Assembly: GCA_045807825.1 (NCBI GenBank)
Contig: JBJMGO010000135.1
Span: forward strand, 1 to 31,626
Length of the DNA stretch: 31,626 nt
From: Pyrinomonadaceae bacterium
GTDB taxonomy: Bacteria; Acidobacteriota; Blastocatellia; Pyrinomonadales; Pyrinomonadaceae
Reading direction: 5' to 3'
The notes under the pieces are model-generated. The model was not told the origin of the DNA. It did not search any database and worked only from the letters and a program-made list of their open reading frames with translations. Positions 25,959 to 31,626 of this stretch are shown here, one piece after another. Made by a program: the position numbers and the translations under genes. Numbering within the stretch: position 1 is the first letter of the stretch; each line of letters begins with the position of its first letter.

Positions 25959-27140
25959 ATGACGAAGTCGATATTTACCACGGCTGTTCACGCGGGCGAC
26001 GATCACACGCAGCATTTTGGGGCTGTTTCGGTGCCGATCTACCCGGCGTCGGTGTTTGCTTTCCAAAATGCTGACCAAGCGTCGGCGATCCACAATGAGG
26101 AAAAGCCGGGCTACTACTACGGCCGTCTTGGCAACCCGACTCAAACAGCATTAGAGGCCGCGATGGCCGAGCTTGAGAGCGGGGAAGCGGCCCTTGCCCT
26201 TGCCTCGGGAATGGCCGCGATCTCCGGCCTCGTTCTTTCGCTCGTGAAAAGCGGCGATCACATCGTCGCACCGGCGTCCGGATACCCTACGACGCAAAAT
26301 ATGCTGCGTCACATAGAGCGATTCGGCATCGAGACCACCTTTATCGACGCAACCGATCCCGAGGCTTACCGGGCCGCCATACGTCCGAATACACGGCTAT
26401 TCTGGATCGAGTCCCCGTCAAATCCGCTTCTACTTGTCACGGATCTTAGGGCTGTTGCAGCGATCGCTGCGGAGAATGGCATCAAGACAGTGGTCGACAA
26501 CACGTTTGCGACACCGTTCAATCAGCGGCCGCTGGAGTTTGGAATAGACGCTGTCGTCCACTCTGCGACCAAGTACCTGGGGGGGCACAGCGATCTGACA
26601 GCGGGCGTGATAATCGGAAGTGGCGAGATCATCAATGCAGTCAGGCATGCAGCTAATAAGTTTTACGGGGGGAATATCGCTCCTCAGGTCGCCTGGCTCG
26701 TACTGCGCGGTATCAAGACGCTGGCGCTGCGCATGGAACGGCATAACAGCAACGCATCCGCCATAGCGAATATGTTGTCTGCGCACAAGAACGTCAAGGC
26801 TGTGTTTTACCCTGGTCTGGAGTCGCATCCAAACCATGCAGCGGCTGCCAAGCAGATGTCGCCGGGCTTCGGCGGCATGATCGCTTTTGATGTCGGCACC
26901 GTGGAGGCGGGAAAGACACTCTGCAATAACGTGAAACTCTGCACTCTCGCAACCTCTCTCGGTGGCGTAGAGACCATACTCCAGCATTCAGCCTCAATGA
27001 CCCACGCCGCTGTCCCTGAGGAGGAGCGAGAGCGAGCAGGAATCACCGATGGGATGATCCGTCTCTCGGTAGGTATCGAGGACGTGAACGATCTGATGGC
27101 CGATCTCGATCAGGCGCTGGAGAGAATACATAAAATATAA
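25959..27140 (+). CDS. Cys/Met metabolism PLP-dependent enzyme (cystathionine gamma-synthase/lyase or methionine gamma-lyase family)
   Basis: YYGRLGNPT, LASGMAAI, IESPSNP, VDNTFATP, HSATKYLGGHSD (PLP Lys), SLGGVET and IRLSVGIED. Confidence 0.95.
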   Translation: MTKSIFTTAVHAGDDHTQHFGAVSVPIYPASVFAFQNADQASAIHNEEKPGYYYGRLGNPTQTALEAAMAELESGEAALALASGMAAISGLVLSLVKSGDHIVAPASGYPTTQNMLRHIERFGIETTFIDATDPEAYRAAIRPNTRLFWIESPSNPLLLVTDLRAVAAIAAENGIKTVVDNTFATPFNQRPLEFGIDAVVHSATKYLGGHSDLTAGVIIGSGEIINAVRHAANKFYGGNIAPQVAWLVLRGIKTLALRMERHNSNASAIANMLSAHKNVKAVFYPGLESHPNHAAAAKQMSPGFGGMIAFDVGTVEAGKTLCNNVKLCTLATSLGGVETILQHSASMTHAAVPEEERERAGITDGMIRLSVGIEDVNDLMADLDQALERIHKI

Positions 27141-27165
27141 AAAAAGGGAGCGCTGCCGCTCCCTT
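27139..27165 (-). terminator. Rho-independent terminator between convergent genes
   Basis: AAGGGAGCG-CTGC-CGCTCCCTT 9-bp stem with an A-run on the left, which is the U-tract for the minus-strand ATPase gene. Confidence 0.85.
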
Positions 27166-27187
27166 CAAGATCTGCTTAGATCGCGCT

Positions 27188-28402
27188 CTAGCCTTCGCGC
27201 GGGTCTTCGCCCTTGGATTTACTCATTTGCGGAGCTGCTGACGCAGTCGGCAGGGGCAGCCCGACGGCATCCGCACTCACGAGCGGCTCATCTTGACCGT
27301 CCTTATTATTCCCTGAATCCGAGACGATCATCTTGCCGGACTGCTTGGTAAAGATCAGCAAGTCCTTCTCAGCGTCAAAGTCCACCGTTACGAGATCGCC
27401 GGTCTCGACCTGCTCGGTGGCGACAAGATTCGAAAGTGGATATACGAGAAATCTCTCGATCGACCGCTTGAGATGACGAGCACCGTACTTGAGATCGATG
27501 CCCTCGCCGAGGAGAAACTCCTTCGCCGGGGTCGTACATTCAAAGATAAATTTCGTGCCGGCGGACTCGGTGATGCGGTCCTGCACGGATCTGAGCTCGA
27601 TATCGAGGATCAGCCTGAGGTGATGCTCCTTAAGACTGCGGAAGACCACGACCTTATCAATGCGGTTCATGAACTCGGGCGAGAATTTACGCTTCGCCGC
27701 CTCGAGCGCCGTGCGATAGATCTTTGTGTCGATCTCGTTGTCGGCCTTTGCCTGGTCTTTAGCCGACGGCGCAAAGCCGATGCCGCCGGAGATCATCTCG
27801 GACATCTCGCGTGCACCGAGATTCGACGTCATGATGACGACCGTCTTAGAGAAATCGACGCGTCTGTTGTCGCCGAGCGTCAGCGTCGCCTTGTCCAATA
27901 TTCCAAGCAGCAGCTGCCAGAGCGAATCCGATGCCTTCTCGATCTCGTCGAACAAAACGAATGTCAGCTTTGTGTCGTCCGTGTGCGATTTGTCGAGATT
28001 CTCCTGCGTGAGCATCGGCGACGTCTCTCGGTGACCGAGGTATCCCGGAGGCGAGCCGATCAACTTTGCGATCTCGTGCGAATGCTGAAACTCGGCACAG
28101 TCGATCTTCACCACCGCGTAAGCGTCCCCAAACAGCACCTCAGCAGCGGCCTCGACGACACGTGTTTTTCCCGAGCCCGTAGGTCCGAGGAACAGCATCG
28201 TGCCGAGCGGACGCGACGGGTTATTCATGCTGGCCAGATAGATCTGGAAGAGCCCGCTCATCCTGCGCACGGCTCGTTCCTGGCCAACGATCAGGCCGGA
28301 AAGCCGATCTTCGAACTCGGCAGCCCGCGGACTCTTGCGATCGGGATCGAGCAAGATGCCCTGTTCTTCATTTCTTTCTTTTTTGGCCGCTTCCTGTTTC
28401 AT
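27188..28402 (-). CDS. Single-module Clp/Hsp100-like AAA+ ATPase (D2 ring only)
   Basis: IVGQERAV, RPLGTMLFLGPTGSGKT (Walker A), GSPPGYLG pore loop, VLFDEIEKA (Walker B), TSNLG, GGIGF, FSPEFMNRID and YGARHLKRSIE; GAGGTG SD. Confidence 0.92.
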   Translation of the reverse strand: MKQEAAKKERNEEQGILLDPDRKSPRAAEFEDRLSGLIVGQERAVRRMSGLFQIYLASMNNPSRPLGTMLFLGPTGSGKTRVVEAAAEVLFGDAYAVVKIDCAEFQHSHEIAKLIGSPPGYLGHRETSPMLTQENLDKSHTDDTKLTFVLFDEIEKASDSLWQLLLGILDKATLTLGDNRRVDFSKTVVIMTSNLGAREMSEMISGGIGFAPSAKDQAKADNEIDTKIYRTALEAAKRKFSPEFMNRIDKVVVFRSLKEHHLRLILDIELRSVQDRITESAGTKFIFECTTPAKEFLLGEGIDLKYGARHLKRSIERFLVYPLSNLVATEQVETGDLVTVDFDAEKDLLIFTKQSGKMIVSDSGNNKDGQDEPLVSADAVGLPLPTASAAPQMSKSKGEDPREG

Positions 28403-28656
28403 CTCTTCACCTCAAAGCGCGAATGCGATGGTGCCGCTCGCCTCAACTCTAAGAACGACTTTTCAATTTGGACTTGCTCAGACTGCTCAATGCAGTCACA
28501 GCAAAGATGAATCCGCTGGTATGTTCGTTGGCTGAACTTCGATTTGTGGAAGGCGCGGGTATGAAGGCCCGCTCCCGATGCCTTACATTTAGCACAGGTA
28601 GCGCGCGGCTTGCAACAATAAAATGAATAACTTAGCGATATTGGTGCCACTTGCAT
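28399..28656 (-). CDS. Possible small zinc-finger protein (CxxC-x7-H...HLCxxC) overlapping the ATPase start
   Basis: Open frame with CAKC-KASGAGL-H...IHL-CCDC; TGA overlaps the ATPase ATG (ATGA). No SD and weak codon bias. Confidence 0.3.
   Translation of the reverse strand: MQVAPISLSYSFYCCKPRATCAKCKASGAGLHTRAFHKSKFSQRTYQRIHLCCDCIEQSEQVQIEKSFLELRRAAPSHSRFEVKR
28634..28649 (-). promoter_or_regulatory. Putative sigma54 (-24/-12) promoter for the AAA ATPase
   Basis: The minus strand reads TGGCACCAATATCGCT, with GG-N10-GC spacing and a TGGCAC core. Confidence 0.55.
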
Positions 28657-28711
28657 GCAACCAAAATAGCAAGGCTGAGAGATCGAGAATGTCAGTCGTA
28701 ATACGAAGTCT

Positions 28712-30436
28712 TCACTGGTCAAATGGATACCACTGGCCCAATGCGGAGCTGTGCAGATCGCCGGCAAAATATGATCGAGGTATCGAGTCGACTCCGTGCG
28801 CCTTTAGCAGCGATGGAGCGTAAGGGTAAACACGAGCGTCGTCCGGCACATTCATCAGGTCAAGGAGCGTCGCAAAAAGATTGTGGTGGGCGGCTTTATA
28901 TGATGTGTCAGCGGCGGCCATCCGCTGATCGCTGCCGATCATAAAGAGAGGAACAACGGCCTCACTTCGCGTGGTCGAGCAGTGGGATACGACGGCGCCA
29001 TTCTCACCCAATGTTTGCCCGTGATCGGATGTGTAAACGATCACGGTCGCGTCAGGAATATCCGGGTCGACAAGCGGCGAGAAGAACGACTGCATGTTGT
29101 ACAGCAGCGCGTTGTCGTAGCTATTCACAAGCTGGTCGTGATCCACGTTGCCGTAAAAACCAGTGTCGTCAGCTCCGTACAGAGCGGGCTGCCAGACATT
29201 GGAGTCTTTTGGATAGGCGCGTTCATACGGCTTGTGAGTTCCGCGCTTGTTGATCCAGATAAAGTTGCCGGTGCTCGACGCGACGATCTGGCGCACACGC
29301 AATGCGATCTCGTGATCGACCTCGTAGAGAGGCAGAGCGGTGAAATTCTTGGCGTTGATCCACTCGTAATCATCTAGGTCTGAGGCCTTGCCGTTCCAGA
29401 CGGTGGAGAGCTGCCCGTCGAAGTAGTAGTTCTTGTAACCCGCAGCCTTTGCGTACTGAAAGATCGTCGGCAGCTTGTACACGTCGAAGCTCGTGTCCGG
29501 CAGATCCTTGAGACCGGTCAAGAGAAGATTGTTGGACTCTATGCTGCACGTTGCGCCTGAGGAGGCGATACCCCAGTTCTTGAGTTTGCCTTCGCGGCTC
29601 AACTTCGCGAGCAGGGGCGTTGTGTCCCGCGCGTAACCGTCGATGCCGAGGTGATCGCCGCGAACTGATTCATCGACGACGAAGATGATGTTATTCACCG
29701 GCGGCGTCGCAGTGCGATATGTGATCGGCGTTCGCGTCGACGTGAAGAACATACTCTTTGGCGGCTGATAGATGCTGCCGACCTTCCAGCTCATGGGGAA
29801 CTCGGTTGCCGTTCGATAAAACGCCTGCAGCGATGTCGTGTAGTAGAGGTTGTGCGAAAAGTACGCCGTTGCGGCCGAGAATCCGATCAGCACAACGAGA
29901 ACGGACGCCAGCACGAGCCATCCACGGCGCGCGGTCGGACGGCAGGGAATTAGAACAACAATAAAGGCAACGATCGGAATAAGCGCGAGCGGATTCGTGT
30001 ACAGTCGCACCGCATCGGCGAGGATCATTCCGTCCGCGGCAAACGCCGCGTTTTCGGCGTCGACGAGTTGTGTGAAGCGGTGAAAAACGCCTTCGTAGCC
30101 ATACTCAACTGCGATGGCGACGGCGAAGAGAATTATATAAAAAACACGATAACCCCAGCGGCTCGCCGCCGCCGCCCACACGAATGCAAAGCTGACGAGA
30201 AGGGCAGCGATCCCCAAAGCGCAGTACGCGACGAGGCGAGCGTATTCGTGCCTTTGGATGTGCTTTACGACGATCAGGTATTCGCCGCTGACGCCAAAGA
30301 CGATCGCTTCAACGGCGATCCAAATAACGAAGAAGATCAGTGCGAAAAAGAGCGGGCGTCTAAACCGGCGGAAGCGAGCGCCAGCGGGAGCCGACCCATT
30401 CGTCGGCTCCGCGCTGGGCAATGCCTCATCAGTCAT
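28712..30436 (-). CDS. Membrane-anchored phosphoethanolamine-transferase-like (EptA / alkaline phosphatase-sulfatase superfamily) enzyme
   Basis: About 4-5 N-terminal TM helices, then IFVVDESVRGDH, SGATCSIES, RGTHKPY, YDNALLY, YTSDHGQ and HHNLFATLLDL. Confidence 0.85.
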   Translation of the reverse strand: MTDEALPSAEPTNGSAPAGARFRRFRRPLFFALIFFVIWIAVEAIVFGVSGEYLIVVKHIQRHEYARLVAYCALGIAALLVSFAFVWAAAASRWGYRVFYIILFAVAIAVEYGYEGVFHRFTQLVDAENAAFAADGMILADAVRLYTNPLALIPIVAFIVVLIPCRPTARRGWLVLASVLVVLIGFSAATAYFSHNLYYTTSLQAFYRTATEFPMSWKVGSIYQPPKSMFFTSTRTPITYRTATPPVNNIIFVVDESVRGDHLGIDGYARDTTPLLAKLSREGKLKNWGIASSGATCSIESNNLLLTGLKDLPDTSFDVYKLPTIFQYAKAAGYKNYYFDGQLSTVWNGKASDLDDYEWINAKNFTALPLYEVDHEIALRVRQIVASSTGNFIWINKRGTHKPYERAYPKDSNVWQPALYGADDTGFYGNVDHDQLVNSYDNALLYNMQSFFSPLVDPDIPDATVIVYTSDHGQTLGENGAVVSHCSTTRSEAVVPLFMIGSDQRMAAADTSYKAAHHNLFATLLDLMNVPDDARVYPYAPSLLKAHGVDSIPRSYFAGDLHSSALGQWYPFDQ

Positions 30437-31626
30437 AGTACTCGAGGCCGAGGTGGGTGATCATTTCTTCGCCCTGTAGGTAGCGAAGCGTATTTTTGAG
30501 CTTCATCAATTGGATGAAAAGATCATGCTCGGGATACAACCCCTCAGCGTGCTGCGGGGCCTTAAAGTAGAACGACAGCCATTCCTGAATACCCTTCATC
30601 CCGGCCCGCTGCGCGAGATCCATAAACAGTGCCAGATCGAGCGCGAGCGGCGCGGCGAGGATCGAATCGCGGCAGAGAAAATCCACCTTGATCTGCATCT
30701 TGTAGCCGAGCCAGCCAAAGATGTCGATGTTGTCCCAGCCCTCTTTGTTGTCGCCACGGGGCGGATAGTAGTTGATGCGCACAACGTGGCTAAAATCTTT
30801 GTATAGCTCCGGGTAAACGTCGGGCTGCAGAATGTGCTCCAGAACCGAGAGCTTTGACTCTTCTTTAGTCTTAAAATTCTCCGGATCGTCCAGCACTTCA
30901 CCATCGCGGTTGCCGAGAATGTTGGTCGAGTACCAGCCTTCGAGGCCGATCATTCGCGCCTTGAAGCCGGGTGCGAGGATCGTCTTCATCAACGTCTGGC
31001 CGGTCTTAAAATCCTTACCGCAAATTGGGACCTGACTGTCCTCGGCGAGCTTGAGGAGAGCGGGAATGTCGGCTGTAAGATTCGGTGCTCCATTCGCAAA
31101 CGGCACGCGCGATTTGATGGCCGCGTATGCGTAGATCATCGACGGGGAGATCTTTGGATCGCTGTCGTAGAGGCCTTTTTCAAACGCCTCGATCGTCTGG
31201 TGTACCTCGCTCGCCTCGAGAAATATCTCGGTCGACGCCGCCCACACCATCACGAGCCGCGAGCAGCCGTTGTCCGACTTGAATTTGGCAATGTCCGCGA
31301 TGAGCTGCTCGGCAAGCTCCATCTTGTTCTTGCCTGTCTTGACGTTCTCACCATGAATGCGCTTGACGTAGTTCTGCTCAAAAACGGCAGGCATCGGCTT
31401 GAGCGACGAGAGCTGCTCGGAGACCTGGTTAAGCAGGTCCTTGTCGAGGACTCCGGCATTCATAGCCGCCTCAAACGCCGTGTCATGGAAGATATCCCAC
31501 GCGCCAAACACTATGTCGTCGAGGTCGGCAAGCGGGACAAAATCCTTGATCTTCGGCACGCGATTGTCGGTGCGCTTGCCGAGACGGATAGTGCCCATCT
31601 GCGTGAGGCTGCCGATCGGGTCCGAA
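30429..31626 (-). CDS. ino1: myo-inositol-1-phosphate synthase (5' end outside the window)
   Basis: FGAWDI, PFANGAP, GKDFKTGQT, NILGNRDG, GDNKEGWD and CRDSILAAPL. The frame stays open to the window edge (SDPIGSLTQMG). Confidence 0.95.
   Translation of the reverse strand, partial: SDPIGSLTQMGTIRLGKRTDNRVPKIKDFVPLADLDDIVFGAWDIFHDTAFEAAMNAGVLDKDLLNQVSEQLSSLKPMPAVFEQNYVKRIHGENVKTGKNKMELAEQLIADIAKFKSDNGCSRLVMVWAASTEIFLEASEVHQTIEAFEKGLYDSDPKISPSMIYAYAAIKSRVPFANGAPNLTADIPALLKLAEDSQVPICGKDFKTGQTLMKTILAPGFKARMIGLEGWYSTNILGNRDGEVLDDPENFKTKEESKLSVLEHILQPDVYPELYKDFSHVVRINYYPPRGDNKEGWDNIDIFGWLGYKMQIKVDFLCRDSILAAPLALDLALFMDLAQRAGMKGIQEWLSFYFKAPQHAEGLYPEHDLFIQLMKLKNTLRYLQGEEMITHLGLEYYD

Noticed and set aside
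27473-28510. 345-aa plus-strand ORF, plus similar long ORFs at 507-944, 1459-2073, 2290-2658, 6649-7395, 10407-11018, 16580-17098 and 20815-21642
   Set aside because: They are antisense or alternate-frame shadows lying largely or wholly over well-supported genes, as expected in high-GC DNA, and show no family motifs.

Overview
This is a GC-rich bacterial chromosomal window. The gene families (acidobacterial-type VWA protein, barrel-less OmpA-family protein, single-module Clp-like AAA ATPase) suggest Acidobacteriota, possibly Blastocatellia; this is inference. I see about 29 mostly housekeeping or envelope genes: a truncated cysteine synthase/CBS, histidine phosphatase, GltP-type symporter, Uma2, amidohydrolase, DUF2339, META, MurI, S9 and M61 peptidases, DUF4242, a heptad-repeat secreted protein, a two-lipoyl E2, OmpA, VWA, a Cys-rich membrane protein, SIMPL, NadE, VapBC, REC-RsbW, DUF374, CtaA, TlyA, ArsR, a Cys/Met PLP enzyme, an AAA ATPase, an EptA-like transferase and a truncated inositol-1-phosphate synthase. 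I found no rRNA, tRNA, CRISPR array, transposase or integrase. Best leads: (1) inositol-1-phosphate synthase overlapping an EptA-like phospho-headgroup transferase, a candidate phosphoinositol-transfer pathway; (2) a D2-only Clp ATPase with an IGF loop, preceded by a sigma54-like promoter and an unannotated McsA/ClpE-like zinc-finger ORF; (3) an M61 peptidase whose frame break coincides with a C_CCA_AAG slippery heptamer and a 9-bp hairpin; (4) a vapBC pair placed 9 bp upstream of nadE; (5) recurring leaderless-type promoters. All calls come from motif recognition by eye; no database searches were run.
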